DNA of 64,000 nucleotides. Source: Patescibacteria group bacterium. Lineage in GTDB: Bacteria; Patescibacteriota; Minisyncoccia; Phycocordibacterales; PALSA-1337. Location: positions 62-64,061 of the forward strand of contig JAGXAG010000006.1 of the NCBI GenBank assembly GCA_018971685.1, given 5' to 3'. Numbering within the stretch: the first letter of the stretch is position 1; every line of letters begins with the position of its first letter. Made by a program: the position numbers and the translations under genes. Below, piece after piece: positions 1-10,659 of this stretch. The notes under the pieces were generated by a model. It was given only the letters and a program-made list of their open reading frames with translations. It searched no databases and was not told the DNA's origin.

Positions 1-775
1 ATGCGTTGCCATCTCCGTCGAAGGATCTGAATGTGTCGGCGAACACCGACAGCTTCAATGTGTAGGCGCCATTCAGAGACGATGAATTAGTAATGATGTC
101 GGTCGGGAGCTCCAGGAACCCCTGCGAGTCGATCAGACTCGTCATCTGATTGTTCGGATCATCGTTTCTGCTGTCGATGATTTCGAACGGCGTCTGATTT
201 CCCCTATTGCTCACTTCCAGCCTTGCCCACTTCAGATTGGGGATGTAAAAGGAGATCTTTCCTCCCAAGGCCGTGGAGAAACCAGACATGTCCGGTACCG
301 TGTACACTCCCTTGACCAGAACGGGTTTGATCAGTATATTCGATGGGGTGTAAAACAAGTACCATAAACCTTCGCCAAACCCATTCACGATTGTATTCCA
401 ATACACATACGCCGTCATGCCTTTCCCCTTGTCGGGGTTGAGGATCGGCGCCGTGTTTGTTAGAAAGTTCTGGAAAACAAACGCCATTTGGCCGGCAACG
501 AACCGGTCCATGGCCAATTTGTTGGTGAAATACCCTTCTTGTCCGGTCTGCCAACCGCCGGAATAGTAAAGTATTTTCTGACCATTGGTGTCATACGCCC
601 ACATACCTAGACTAACGGCGTTTGCTTTTGACACCGCATAGTCCGTCACCTTCTGAACTGTTCCCAGCGATAGAGACTGAGGCTGTCCGCCCGCGTTCCG
701 CGGAGAACAGACACTCATCACCATAGTCAAAGCGATCGCGAGGATCGCGGGAAAACCAACACGAGTCGTTCTCAT
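1..775 (-). CDS. Secreted hypothetical protein, runs off the window edge (>258 aa)
   Basis: Not in the ORF track. Manual translation from ATG at 775 (MRTTRVGFPAILAIALTMVMSVCS...) stays open to position 1. It has an AAAGGAGG RBS and a signal-peptide-like N-terminus. Confidence 0.8.
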   Translation of the reverse strand, partial: MRTTRVGFPAILAIALTMVMSVCSPRNAGGQPQSLSLGTVQKVTDYAVSKANAVSLGMWAYDTNGQKILYYSGGWQTGQEGYFTNKLAMDRFVAGQMAFVFQNFLTNTAPILNPDKGKGMTAYVYWNTIVNGFGEGLWYLFYTPSNILIKPVLVKGVYTVPDMSGFSTALGGKISFYIPNLKWARLEVSNRGNQTPFEIIDSRNDDPNNQMTSLIDSQGFLELPTDIITNSSSLNGAYTLKLSVFADTFRSFDGDGNA

Positions 776-854
776 ACGACCCTCCTTTCTTTCTTTTCAG
801 GTTAATGAGTGGCTCCGTCGACGGTTGTCAACGAACTAGCCAATCTGGTTATAC

Positions 855-892
855 TTATAGCATATCTGATGTATTTTGTAAAGGGTGGTGTG
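855..892 (-). promoter_or_regulatory. sigma70-type promoter for the 775 gene
   Basis: Minus strand reads TTTACA-17 nt-TATAAG with extended -10 TG. Confidence 0.55.
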
Positions 893-930
893 GGGACAGC
901 GCGAGAGATAGCTGCAATCAAGGATCGTCA

Positions 931-1065
931 TTTTTCATCTCCACTCATAGAGGCAAGTCTGTTTTTCTGGAAATCAACTGTAACGGACAATGGGCGTGGA
1001 TTGAAGCCATGACGGGGCAACCGATATCCGCCAAGATTGCAGAAGTTCTGTCGAAAGGCTTGTGA
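931..1065 (+). pseudogene. C-terminal remnant of a RimK/MvdC-like ATP-grasp ligase
   Basis: VFLEINCNGQWAWIEAMTGQPISAKIA matches the FLEvNPnGQWxWiE..tg.pis tail of graspetide ATP-grasp ligases; the N-terminal part is absent. Confidence 0.6.
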
Positions 1066-1084
1066 TTGTGAGTATTAAAGACCG

Positions 1085-1125
1085 AGCCGTACTGTGGTAT
1101 CATTACGGTACGGCTTTTGTTTTTT
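1085..1125 (+). terminator. Intrinsic terminator
   Basis: AGCCGTACTGT...ACGGTACGGCT stem followed by a T tract. Confidence 0.65.
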
Positions 1126-1372
1126 ATGAATGATGAACTCATAAAAATATTCAAGGAAGACCAAGACGACTTATGCCACCTGCGTAGACAGGCTGCTTAT
1201 CCGCCAAGGCAAGAAGCAAAAATTCGGCACGCAGTATTTCAAGAAAGACGCCGAAACGCCGTGGAGATTATTGCCGGTCGATCCTAATGTTTCCGATGAA
1301 GAAAGATTCAAATTCGGTTTACCGTCGTCGGCGGAGATGAAGAAGCGCGTGGAAAAATTGAACAAAAAATGA
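1126..1372 (+). pseudogene. DUF6624-like gene with internal deletion/frameshift
   Basis: N-terminal MNDELIKIFKEDQDD, then in another frame YATCVDRLLIRQGKKQKFGTQY...ERFKFGLP (DR...G..Q.yGTQ motif). Confidence 0.55.
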
Positions 1373-3144
1373 ACCTGCAGAAAGGAAAAATATATATCGG
1401 CTTCGCGGTACTTTTGCGCTACATGGGGAAATACAAGCGGGACATCATAATACTTTCGATCATGGGCGTGATTTCCGCGATCGGCAACGGCACCATACCT
1501 TATATCGCCGGCAAATTCTTCGACGCCGTGACCGGATCGGCCGCGGTTACATTCATGGACCAAACCATGCCTCTGTATATCGCCGTGCTTGCGCTCTGGA
1601 CCGTGATCCAGCTCGCCACTTACTTCATGGACTGGCGAATAAATATCATGAGCGAATATTTTTCCAACGCCGTCTGGCTCGATTATTTGGCGAACGGATT
1701 TGGATTCTTGCTGCTCTTGCCGATGTCGTTCCACAAGAAGCACAAAATCGGCGAGATCGGCAATAAAATAGGCATGGCCGCCGGCTCGCTCGAGACTATT
1801 GCCGGCAGGATCGTCATCGATTTGGCGCCGCAGATCCTGTCGATAGTGATCGCGCTCGGCATCGCCTTTTATATGAAGCCGATCATGGCGGCACTGCTCT
1901 TGGCCGGCCTGATCGTCTATTTGTTCGTCCTCGTACGCAAGATCAAACCTCTGGCCGGTTACCAAAAGGCGTATTATGATATCGTCTCGACCGCTGTTTG
2001 GGGAGACAATTATGACACTATCGGCAACGCCATCGCCGTGAAGCAGGCCACGGCCGAAGAATACGAGCGGGCCAAAATGTCCAGAAACGCCAAGAAGGCC
2101 TTGCCGCTGTGGATGCGGCTGACCAAAGTTTGGGGTAACTTGAGTTTGTACCAGCGGCTGACGATACTTTCGACGCAGGTGGTTATATTTATTTTGTCGG
2201 CCATCTTCATCCGGGCGGGTACGATGACTATCGGCGAATTGATCGCGTTCAATGCTTACGCCGCGATGATATTCGGGCCGTTCGTGACTATAGCCAGGAA
2301 TTGGCAGACGATCCAGAACGGCGTGGTCAATATCAACGAGACCGAGAAAATCCTGGAAATGGAGCCGGAAAACTACCGTCCGAAACGCGCGGTCGATTTT
2401 GAGATCAAGGGCGGCATATCGTTCCGGAATGTTAGCTTCCAATACGACAGCGGCAAACCGGTCTTGGAGGACATTTCCTTCGAGGTGAAGCCCGGCGAAG
2501 TGGTTGCGCTGGTCGGAGAGTCGGGGGTGGGCAAGAGCACGCTGGTCGACCTGGTGTCGGGTTACCATTTCCCGGACAAAGGAACGGTGGCGATCGACGG
2601 GCACGATATCCGCGAAGTCGATTTGCGCAAGCTGCGGTCGAAGATAGCGGTGGTGCCGCAGGAGGTGGTTTTATTCAACGACACGATCGAAATGAATATC
2701 AAATACGGCAACTTCGAAGCGCCGGCGGAGCGCCTGGCGGAAGCGGCGCGCAAGGCGGATGCCGTCGGCTTCATCGAGAAATTCCCGGACAAGTGGCGGC
2801 AATTGGTGGGCGAGCGCGGCATCAAGCTTTCGGTCGGCCAGAAGCAGAGGGTTTCGATCGCGCGGGCGATCTTGCGGGATCCGGTCATACTCATTCTCGA
2901 CGAACCGACCTCGGCGCTGGATGCCGGCACGGAAAAGACGATCACGGGTTCATTGGACGGATTGATGCGCGGCAAGACGACCTTCATCATCGCTCACCGC
3001 CTGTCGACAGTCCGCCGCGCGGATATCATTCTGGTCTTCAAAGGCGGCAAGATCATCGAGCGCGGCCGCCACGAAGAGTTGTTGAAAATCGCCGGTGGCG
3101 AATACAGACGGCTGTATGAATTGCAGATAGGGCTGCACGGGTAG
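1369..3144 (+). CDS. ABC transporter, fused permease/ATPase (MsbA/MdlB-like exporter)
   Basis: TM domain, Walker A GESGVGKS, LSVGQKQR signature, ILDEPTS. Confidence 0.95.
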   Translation: MNLQKGKIYIGFAVLLRYMGKYKRDIIILSIMGVISAIGNGTIPYIAGKFFDAVTGSAAVTFMDQTMPLYIAVLALWTVIQLATYFMDWRINIMSEYFSNAVWLDYLANGFGFLLLLPMSFHKKHKIGEIGNKIGMAAGSLETIAGRIVIDLAPQILSIVIALGIAFYMKPIMAALLLAGLIVYLFVLVRKIKPLAGYQKAYYDIVSTAVWGDNYDTIGNAIAVKQATAEEYERAKMSRNAKKALPLWMRLTKVWGNLSLYQRLTILSTQVVIFILSAIFIRAGTMTIGELIAFNAYAAMIFGPFVTIARNWQTIQNGVVNINETEKILEMEPENYRPKRAVDFEIKGGISFRNVSFQYDSGKPVLEDISFEVKPGEVVALVGESGVGKSTLVDLVSGYHFPDKGTVAIDGHDIREVDLRKLRSKIAVVPQEVVLFNDTIEMNIKYGNFEAPAERLAEAARKADAVGFIEKFPDKWRQLVGERGIKLSVGQKQRVSIARAILRDPVILILDEPTSALDAGTEKTITGSLDGLMRGKTTFIIAHRLSTVRRADIILVFKGGKIIERGRHEELLKIAGGEYRRLYELQIGLHG

Positions 3145-3244
3145 GGAGATGGCCGACGATTTTCGGCATAAAATAGCCGATTATCCACAAATTAGTACCC
3201 AATTTGTGGACTTTACTCCACAAATTTGGTAGTATTTGGGTACT

Positions 3245-4372
3245 ATGTATCCGAGAACATTGGCTAAAATTGTCGCCGAGTCCTTCAAAACCGGTTTTAT
3301 AACTGTTATTTATGGCGCCAGGCGCGTGGGTAAGACGGTTTTATTGGAACAGGTGAGGGCACTCATGAAAAACGACAAAGTCATCTCTTTCAATGGCGAT
3401 ACATCAGAAGCCGTAAACGCCTTGAGCACCAATTCCGAAGTGCGCCTGAGCGGACTCGTAAAAGACCGCGATGTGATATTCGTCGACGAAGCCCAGAAGA
3501 TTCCGGGCATTTCCCTGGCCCTGAAGATTATCATAGACAAATATCCGGAAAAAAAAATCTTGGTCACCGGTTCCTCGTCGCTCGATCTTTCGCGCGGCGC
3601 GCACGAGAATCTTACCGGCAGATATCGGCCGTTCATCCTGTTTCCGCTCAGTACCGGAGAATTGTCTTACGACATGGAACCTTTCCAGAGACAAGCGCTC
3701 CTGGAAGACCAGCTCGTTTTCGGCGGATATCCCCATGTTTACGCGCTTCGTGACAGGGAAGAGCGGAAAAAATATCTTACCGATGTCGCAAGGGATTATC
3801 TTTTCAAAGACATTCTGGAATTGGAACAGCTGAGACAACCGGATGGCCTGAAGAAATTGGCCGCCATGATTGCTTTCCAAATCGGCCAAGAAGTGTCTTT
3901 GAACGAATTGTCGAGCAGTCTCGGCATGAGCGTAAAAACCGTGGCCAAGTATTTGAGCCTGCTGGAGAAAAGCTTCGTACTCTTCAAACTCGACGCATTC
4001 TCGACCAATCCGCGCAAAGAAATCGCCAAAAGCAAAAAATACTACTTTTACGATTTGGGCATCCGCAACGCCTTGGCCGAACAATGGCAGCCGCTCTCTT
4101 CGCGCGCCGATGTCGGCCAGTTGTGGGAAAACTTTCTCATGATCGAGCGGATGAAAGCGAAGGAATATTCCGGCCGGATATCATCCAGCTATTTTTGGAG
4201 GAATTACTCCGGCGCCGAGATAGACTTGATCGAATCGGCAGACGGGAAAATATCGGCATACGAATTCAAATGGAGCAAAGACGGCGCCAAGACGCCGAAC
4301 AGTTTCAAAGAGAATTACGGCATCGAAGCTGAGACGGTGAACCGGGACAATTATTTGCCGTTCGTGTCATAA
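3245..4372 (+). CDS. AAA+ ATPase (AAA_14 + DUF4143)
   Basis: GARRVGKT, FVDEAQ, TGSSS, GGYP, KYYFYDLG, EIDLI...EFKW. Confidence 0.9.
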   Translation: MYPRTLAKIVAESFKTGFITVIYGARRVGKTVLLEQVRALMKNDKVISFNGDTSEAVNALSTNSEVRLSGLVKDRDVIFVDEAQKIPGISLALKIIIDKYPEKKILVTGSSSLDLSRGAHENLTGRYRPFILFPLSTGELSYDMEPFQRQALLEDQLVFGGYPHVYALRDREERKKYLTDVARDYLFKDILELEQLRQPDGLKKLAAMIAFQIGQEVSLNELSSSLGMSVKTVAKYLSLLEKSFVLFKLDAFSTNPRKEIAKSKKYYFYDLGIRNALAEQWQPLSSRADVGQLWENFLMIERMKAKEYSGRISSSYFWRNYSGAEIDLIESADGKISAYEFKWSKDGAKTPNSFKENYGIEAETVNRDNYLPFVS

Positions 4373-4531
4373 GAGCCATATACAGTGAAGTTTAGCTCGT
4401 AAAGAGCAGGATAATATGCAAAATTTTGTCCTGATTTTCGGAAACATCTTTCATAATCGTATCATTTAACGCCCGTAACCGTATCATTTTGATACGATTG
4501 CGGCGATCTTTTGCTATAATTAACGCAAACA

Positions 4532-4716
4532 ATGTCGAAAAAAGTCATAGATCTGTTTTCCGGCGTAGGCGGTTTGAGCTACGGCTTTGCCAATGACCGC
4601 AATTTCGAGATCGTCGCGGCCAACGAAATATTGCCGAACATGGCGAAAGCGTACTCGCTCAATCATCCGTCGGTGAAGATGTACGCGGAAGACATTAAAA
4701 ATTTCACCGCCGACAG
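4532..4716 (+). pseudogene. N-terminal fragment of a C5 cytosine DNA methyltransferase
   Basis: Motif I DLFSGVGGLSYGF, then ANEI...YSLNH, then DI; the gene breaks off before the catalytic PC motif. Confidence 0.85.
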
Positions 4717-4975
4717 ATTGGCTATACAGCCATTGATACTGCTTCAAGGTGGAGATATCTGAAAGTATACAGTGACCAAACCACACACAACTCAATTAGA
4801 TTTTTGGAGGAAGTCATGAGTAAATTTCCACACAGAATACATGCAATCAAATCTGATAATGGAAGTATATTTACTAACTACTACTTAGGCACAAACAAAC
4901 GAAGTGATGCGACTGTAAAAACGATGCATGCATTAGATGTGTTCTGTACACAAAACAACATCATTCACTACCCTC
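4717..4975 (+). mobile_element. IS481-like DDE integrase-core fragment
   Basis: GYTAIDTASRWRYLKVY...FLEEV...FPHRIHAIKSDNGSIFTN carries two of the DDE aspartates; AT-rich and truncated at both ends. Confidence 0.75.
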
Positions 4976-6641
4976 ACCCCATTGGCAGCCATATAACCGC
5001 CCGGGCGCCGAGATCTTTGCCTTTTGACTCTATCTTGAACTCGCCGCGGTGCGCTTTGACTATGGCTTTGACGACGGAAAGCCCGATGCCCATGCCGATG
5101 GGATTGAGCTCGCGCGCTTGATGGCCGCGGAAGAACAGGGAAGTGCCGATCTTCCCGCGCTCTTCAGGACTGATGCCTATGCCGGTATTCTCGATTGCGA
5201 TCTCGAATAAGCCGCCGCGCTTGCCGGTGGTTATGGAGACAGAACCGTTCCGGCGGTTGTATTTGACGGCGTTCTCGACCACGATGAACAAACATTCCCG
5301 CATCTTATCGTAATCGACCGGGAATTCCGGCCAGGCGTCGGCATTCATGGGATACGATACGGCTATGCCGGACCGCTCTATGTCCAAGTGCAATTCGTCA
5401 ATCACTTCCCGGACGGCCGGCATGAGGCTGCCCACGGAAGTATTCAGGATATTGGTGCCGGCCTTGATGGCGGTTATGTCCAGGAAGTCGTCCACGATAT
5501 GCGTCAGGCGGTCTACTGAGCCGCTTGCCTCCATGAGCGCTTGCCTGGCTTCGCCGTCGATCTCCCCGCGCTCTCCTTTGAGCAGAGATTCTATTTCCCA
5601 ACGGATGCCGGTTATGGGCGTGCGCAAATGGTGCTGGGTGATCATGATGAACTGGTCTTTGGTCTCGTTCAACCTCTCCAGGTCCTTCCGCGCTTTTTTC
5701 TCCATCTCGTACGCGTGCTTCACTTCGGCGGTCTGGTCGGCCACTTTTTGCTCGAGATTTTTGTTGAGGTCGGAAAGTTTGGCGCGCTGTTCGGCTTCGC
5801 GCAGGGAAATCTTCAGCAAATATGTTGCCAGGGCGATGAATACGATGAAAGTCGCCGCGCGGCCGGCGATTCCCCAAGACAGGTCGATGAATATGTTCAC
5901 GAAAAATATGACCGTCATGCCGATCGCCAGCACCTCCGTCGCCACTGCCCGGACATTCATTTGGCGGTATTTGATGATGGAGTAGGCTATGAACGGTATC
6001 CAAACTATCTCCGTCACGGGTCCCAACCAATTAAGGCCGAAATATCCGAATCTGGGCAACACTATGCACATGAGGCTCGGCGGCGTGGCCCCCACGATTA
6101 TCGTCAATAGCATGTATTTCAAATTTCCTTTGGTGTTTTTGTCGGAATAGTATTTGTATTTTCTATAAAGTATCGCCACGCCGTAAGCGAAAAATCCGAA
6201 AAAGACCAACTCAAACAGAAACGACAACGATCCGAAACGCCATCCCCACGGATGCGCGGCGCTTATCGGAAATTCGCTGTAGATTATCTTATCCGTGAAT
6301 AAGAACAGGTAGCAGAATATGATCTGTAAAATTACCAGCGACCAAGTGAACAGAGTGCTCGGCTTCTTGTCTTCGGGGTAAGTGATGAAGAAATATAGAA
6401 ACGCTGTCGCTATGGTGCTGCCCAAGAAATAAGTCAGCCGAGAATAAAAAAGAGCGCTTTGGTAATCTCTGGAAGACACGAACAATCCCACGCAAAATAT
6501 CCAAATCGTGACCCATAATATACTGTGCGCGAATGCGCGCGACGACAAATTTTTACTTCCCAAAAATACCACTAATGCAAGACTGCCGATCAGAATTGAT
6601 GTAAACCAAATTAGCGTGCCGTATATGGTTATTTCAGGCAT
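4974..6641 (-). CDS. Sensor histidine kinase with N-terminal 7TM (HisKA_7TM-like) domain
   Basis: Multi-TM N-terminus, H-box QHHLRTP, ENAVKY, NTGIGI, GIGL. Confidence 0.9.
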   Translation of the reverse strand: MPEITIYGTLIWFTSILIGSLALVVFLGSKNLSSRAFAHSILWVTIWIFCVGLFVSSRDYQSALFYSRLTYFLGSTIATAFLYFFITYPEDKKPSTLFTWSLVILQIIFCYLFLFTDKIIYSEFPISAAHPWGWRFGSLSFLFELVFFGFFAYGVAILYRKYKYYSDKNTKGNLKYMLLTIIVGATPPSLMCIVLPRFGYFGLNWLGPVTEIVWIPFIAYSIIKYRQMNVRAVATEVLAIGMTVIFFVNIFIDLSWGIAGRAATFIVFIALATYLLKISLREAEQRAKLSDLNKNLEQKVADQTAEVKHAYEMEKKARKDLERLNETKDQFIMITQHHLRTPITGIRWEIESLLKGERGEIDGEARQALMEASGSVDRLTHIVDDFLDITAIKAGTNILNTSVGSLMPAVREVIDELHLDIERSGIAVSYPMNADAWPEFPVDYDKMRECLFIVVENAVKYNRRNGSVSITTGKRGGLFEIAIENTGIGISPEERGKIGTSLFFRGHQARELNPIGMGIGLSVVKAIVKAHRGEFKIESKGKDLGARAVIWLPMG

Positions 6642-6664
6642 AGTGTGATTTAATTATAACACTT

Positions 6665-7789
6665 ATGAGAACTTATATTCTTACCGGAGGAACTGGATTT
6701 TTGGGTTTATATCTATCACGAGAAATTCTCAATCATGGAGACCGTATCATATTCATAGGAAGAGCCAGAAATGGTTTGTCTTTCAGGGAAAGAATGTCCA
6801 ATGCGTTAGGGAGCTATGAAGCCAGATCTGCGGAATTCGTCGAAGCTGACATAGTCGACGGTGAAGTAAAATCAATGATTGAATCTGTATCCCGAATACC
6901 TTGGCCCGTAGATGGAGTATGGCACCTTGCAGCTGATCTGAGCTTTAATCCAAAAAACAGAGAGCGGGTCTTTAGTGTAAATATCGGCGGCACAAGGAAT
7001 GCCATAAAGCTGTCAGAAAATTTGAAATGCCCGTTGTATTACATTAGCACCGCTTATGTACATGGACGAAGATCTGGCGTTGCCTTTGAGAGATATGAGG
7101 CACGGCCAAAAAAATTCAATAATGCTTATGAAGAGAGCAAGTTTGAAACGGAGCAACTGATAAAAAATGCCTCCAATCTGAAGACGGTTATATTCAGGCC
7201 GAGCATTCTGATAGATCATGATACCAAGCGTACAAGCAATTTCGGATATTATTCGTTTATCGTGAGCATGTTGCAGTTCCGCGACGCGTTGAAACTAAAC
7301 GATTATCAGATTGCTTACATACCATTTCCATTTTTTTATTACAGTAAATCACTTCTAAATCTGATGCCGGTTACTACAGCTGTCACTATGATGTATCGCA
7401 TATCTCAAGATGCGAGGTCTCAAGGAAAAATATTCCACATTTGTAATCCAAACCCTTTTCCTGTGGGTGATATATTTAAGCAGACTCTGGACGCTCTCTG
7501 CGTCAGAATACCCCTATTCGGAGTACCTAAAGCAATCGCACTGGTCTACTTTGTCATGTTTAGCTTTTTCGGATCATTTATGAAATCTTTCCGGTCGATC
7601 GCAAAGAGGATTAAATATTTCAAATGGTATATTATTGAACGCATATCGTATGATATGACCAACACTAAAGAGTTGTCTGGAGATAATTTTGGCGATTCTT
7701 TTAAATTTCCATCAGATTACATATATATCACAGCATCGTCTTTTTGTAGTAGAATAAGGTCACAATCACATGAAAACATTAAATATTGA
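6665..7789 (+). CDS. Extended SDR oxidoreductase (thioester reductase/male-sterility-like)
   Basis: TGGTGFLG, HLAA, YISTAYV, YEESK, FRPSI. Confidence 0.88.
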   Translation: MRTYILTGGTGFLGLYLSREILNHGDRIIFIGRARNGLSFRERMSNALGSYEARSAEFVEADIVDGEVKSMIESVSRIPWPVDGVWHLAADLSFNPKNRERVFSVNIGGTRNAIKLSENLKCPLYYISTAYVHGRRSGVAFERYEARPKKFNNAYEESKFETEQLIKNASNLKTVIFRPSILIDHDTKRTSNFGYYSFIVSMLQFRDALKLNDYQIAYIPFPFFYYSKSLLNLMPVTTAVTMMYRISQDARSQGKIFHICNPNPFPVGDIFKQTLDALCVRIPLFGVPKAIALVYFVMFSFFGSFMKSFRSIAKRIKYFKWYIIERISYDMTNTKELSGDNFGDSFKFPSDYIYITASSFCSRIRSQSHENIKY

Positions 7790-8903
7790 TTCTATAATAC
7801 CGTCTTTCGGTATTGAAACAGTTACGGAAAGCAATTTTCCAGCGTATGTAACATTTAAAAAACAAGTAGAAATCCCCTCGCCTACTTATTGGTACTATCG
7901 CTTTCTATTATTCCTAATAAAAGTAATCGTCAAAATACGGTTGGGTATAATAGGCCAGTCGTATAAGAAATATAGAAGCCCAAAACATCTTAACAATGAT
8001 GAGGTTGAGAAAGTGTACAATAGAGAAGCGGACAGCTACGAACGCAAACACCATTTGACGACAAATTTTCGTGATACTTGGTGGAGGAGACAGAGCGGTC
8101 TGGATGTGATTTCTTTTGTTCAGGAAAAAAGCAGGATGGGAGAAGAAGTAAATTTGTTAGATATTGCCACAGGAGTCGGGCTTTCAATTGAAGAGATGTT
8201 AAGAGTCTTTAGGCAATATTCCGTAAGACTTAATATAACCGCAATCGATTACAACAAAGAAATGCTTCGCGTGGCCAACGACATAGTCTTGGCTAGAATA
8301 CGAAAATCCGGCACGCTTGATGGCGGGAACCGGCTGAGATTCGTCCGCGGTGATGCTCGCTCATTATCTCGTGCTTCAGATGGAGACGGCAATACTTCGG
8401 AGGAATTCGTCAAATTCAAAGAAGGATCCGTAGACTGTATAACTATTATGTTCGGTATCGGCGGCATACATGATTTTATCGATTCTTACAGAGAACAGTT
8501 GAAAATTCTGAAGTGCGGCGGTATAGCTTCAATCAATGATATGCATAAACCCGTCTTTGATTTTTCCGAAAAATGGCCTTTTTACATAGGCCGAAAGACT
8601 CGCGACATATTCAGCATGATGGCATGGGAAATAGCGGCCAAACCCTTGGCGTTGGGAACACTATGGGGTTGGCGAGATCCAAGCATTGATTTCCATATTC
8701 TCCCTTACATTTGCATCAGTGATCAAAAAAATAATAAATACTACGGCTTTAAGCAAAAATATTTTTCGTTGAACAATGAATTTTGGTGGTTCAAATTACC
8801 TGTCGTCTCGACTGCGCGTATAATTCTTGAAAAGGTCGAAATTGATAGGCCGGAGTTCGAACGGAGAAATGCCATAGTTGAAAGTATATTTGCCAGTAAT
8901 TAG
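7770..8903 (+). CDS. Class I SAM methyltransferase (UbiE-like)
   Basis: LLDIATGVG, AIDYNKEML, GDA, DCITIMFG. Confidence 0.85.
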   Translation: MKTLNIDSIIPSFGIETVTESNFPAYVTFKKQVEIPSPTYWYYRFLLFLIKVIVKIRLGIIGQSYKKYRSPKHLNNDEVEKVYNREADSYERKHHLTTNFRDTWWRRQSGLDVISFVQEKSRMGEEVNLLDIATGVGLSIEEMLRVFRQYSVRLNITAIDYNKEMLRVANDIVLARIRKSGTLDGGNRLRFVRGDARSLSRASDGDGNTSEEFVKFKEGSVDCITIMFGIGGIHDFIDSYREQLKILKCGGIASINDMHKPVFDFSEKWPFYIGRKTRDIFSMMAWEIAAKPLALGTLWGWRDPSIDFHILPYICISDQKNNKYYGFKQKYFSLNNEFWWFKLPVVSTARIILEKVEIDRPEFERRNAIVESIFASN

Positions 8904-8921
8904 TAAATCCTCGACAAATAA

Positions 8922-10532
8922 ATGGATTTAGTAAACCTATCGCTTCTTATAGTTTTTGCTATCATATTTGCTTTGGCGTGCTTCCTAGTCGCGAACAGAA
9001 AAATCTCTTCGGCGATATCATATTTCTCGCTCGTTTCATACAGCGCCAGTGTATGGGTGTTGTCAATGTATCTGTTCAGGAACGGCGAGTTTGTTCCGCT
9101 TATAGTCTCCACCAAAGCTTTGTATGTAGCGGGCATACTCATCACGCATTATTTCCTGTATTTTACGGATTGTTTTTTGGTGAATAAGAAAATAAACCGA
9201 ATATGGCCCCAATTGAGAAATGTGGTGACGGCAATTATCGTCGTCCTGGTTATATTTACGAATCTGATTATTAATGGCGTTTCTACTTTTCCGGCTAACT
9301 CGGTGTCTTTCGGCTATCTCTATCCTGTATATGCTTTCTTTGTATCATTTTATTTCTTTCTGAGTTTCGTGAATCTGTTCCACAATCACGCTTTCTTCTC
9401 CAGGAACAAAGGGGCTGATAATTCCATAAAGGTCAGACAACTTGAATACATAATCATAGCGACAATAATACCGTCATCCATAGGAGTGCTCTTTGATATA
9501 TTCTTGCCATACTACGGCTTCTTCGAACTTTATTGGTTCGGGCCGGCGGTGGTTATAATCTTCGTCGTCTTTAATGTGTATGCGATATTCAAACACAAAC
9601 TTCTTGACATAAAGTTGATTACCGCCGAGCTTTTTACAATATTGATATGGATAACAACACTTGTACACACAATGCTGTCAGAGAATACGCAAGATCAATT
9701 AATAAACGGTTTTGTATTTATCCTCGTGACGATTTTCGGAATCTTACTATTAAGGGGAATGTTCAAAGAGATTGCCCAGCGCGAGCGCATCGAGAAACTG
9801 GCGGGGGAGTTGGAGGTGGCGAATATGGGGCAGCAGGAGTTTCTGCATTTCTTATCGCACGAGGTCAAGGGATACTTCACGGTTGTCTCCGCGCTCTACG
9901 ATGCCATCCTTACGGACCCGGATTACGGGCCGGTGTCGGAAGAATTGCGAAAACTGGTATCGACCGGATTGGCCAGGAATAAGAAAGCCGTCGGCGACAT
10001 CGAGGACATACTCGTTTCCGCGGATCTGCAGAATGGCAAGGTGTCATACGAATTGAAGCCGACAGACGCCAAAGCCGCCCTGCTCGAATTGGTAAAGGAG
10101 ATGAAGCCCGAAGCCGATGAAAAAGAATTGGTCCTGCAAGTCGCCGCCGACGATGGCCCGGATTATTCCGTCATGGCCGACAAGAAGTACCTGTTCGGCC
10201 ACGCCGTCAGGAACCTGATAGAGAATGCCATCATATACACCGAAAAAGGCGAAATCATGATCACGCTTTCGCGCCACGGCGGCAATGTCACTTTGGCGGT
10301 GGCCGACAGCGGCGTTGGGCTTTCCGACGACGACAAGACCAAACTGTTCACCCGCGGCGGCCGAGGCGCCGAGTCCGGCAAGATAAACGCTCACTCGACC
10401 GGCCACGGCTTGTACATCACGAAAATGATCATCGTCGCGCACCAAGGCAGAGTCTGGGCCGAATCCGCCGGCCGCGGCAAGGGCTCGATCTTCTTCGTCG
10501 AGTTGCCGGCCGTGAATAAGGGCGCGGCGTGA
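8922..10532 (+). CDS. Sensor histidine kinase with 7TM sensor
   Basis: Multi-TM N-terminus, SHEVKG, NLIENAIIY, DSGVG, TGHGL. Confidence 0.9.
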   Translation: MDLVNLSLLIVFAIIFALACFLVANRKISSAISYFSLVSYSASVWVLSMYLFRNGEFVPLIVSTKALYVAGILITHYFLYFTDCFLVNKKINRIWPQLRNVVTAIIVVLVIFTNLIINGVSTFPANSVSFGYLYPVYAFFVSFYFFLSFVNLFHNHAFFSRNKGADNSIKVRQLEYIIIATIIPSSIGVLFDIFLPYYGFFELYWFGPAVVIIFVVFNVYAIFKHKLLDIKLITAELFTILIWITTLVHTMLSENTQDQLINGFVFILVTIFGILLLRGMFKEIAQRERIEKLAGELEVANMGQQEFLHFLSHEVKGYFTVVSALYDAILTDPDYGPVSEELRKLVSTGLARNKKAVGDIEDILVSADLQNGKVSYELKPTDAKAALLELVKEMKPEADEKELVLQVAADDGPDYSVMADKKYLFGHAVRNLIENAIIYTEKGEIMITLSRHGGNVTLAVADSGVGLSDDDKTKLFTRGGRGAESGKINAHSTGHGLYITKMIIVAHQGRVWAESAGRGKGSIFFVELPAVNKGAA

Positions 10533-10659
10533 GGGAATTTGTAATGCGTAGGTTCTGCCAGTCTCCATGCTCTAGCGGAAGCAATGTCGTATTTTCCAAG
10601 TATGTTACCAATTAGCAGTGTTTGCGGTTTGTTACGAAAGACGGTATTATTTTGCAATC

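Noticed and set aside
1171-2604. Long antisense ORFs (also 43045-44265, 13367-14221, 63202-63909)
   Set aside because: These are shadows of GC-rich, codon-biased real genes on the opposite strand.
3181-3189. DnaA box as a replication origin
   Set aside because: It is isolated, with no box cluster, no DUE and no dnaA/dnaN nearby.
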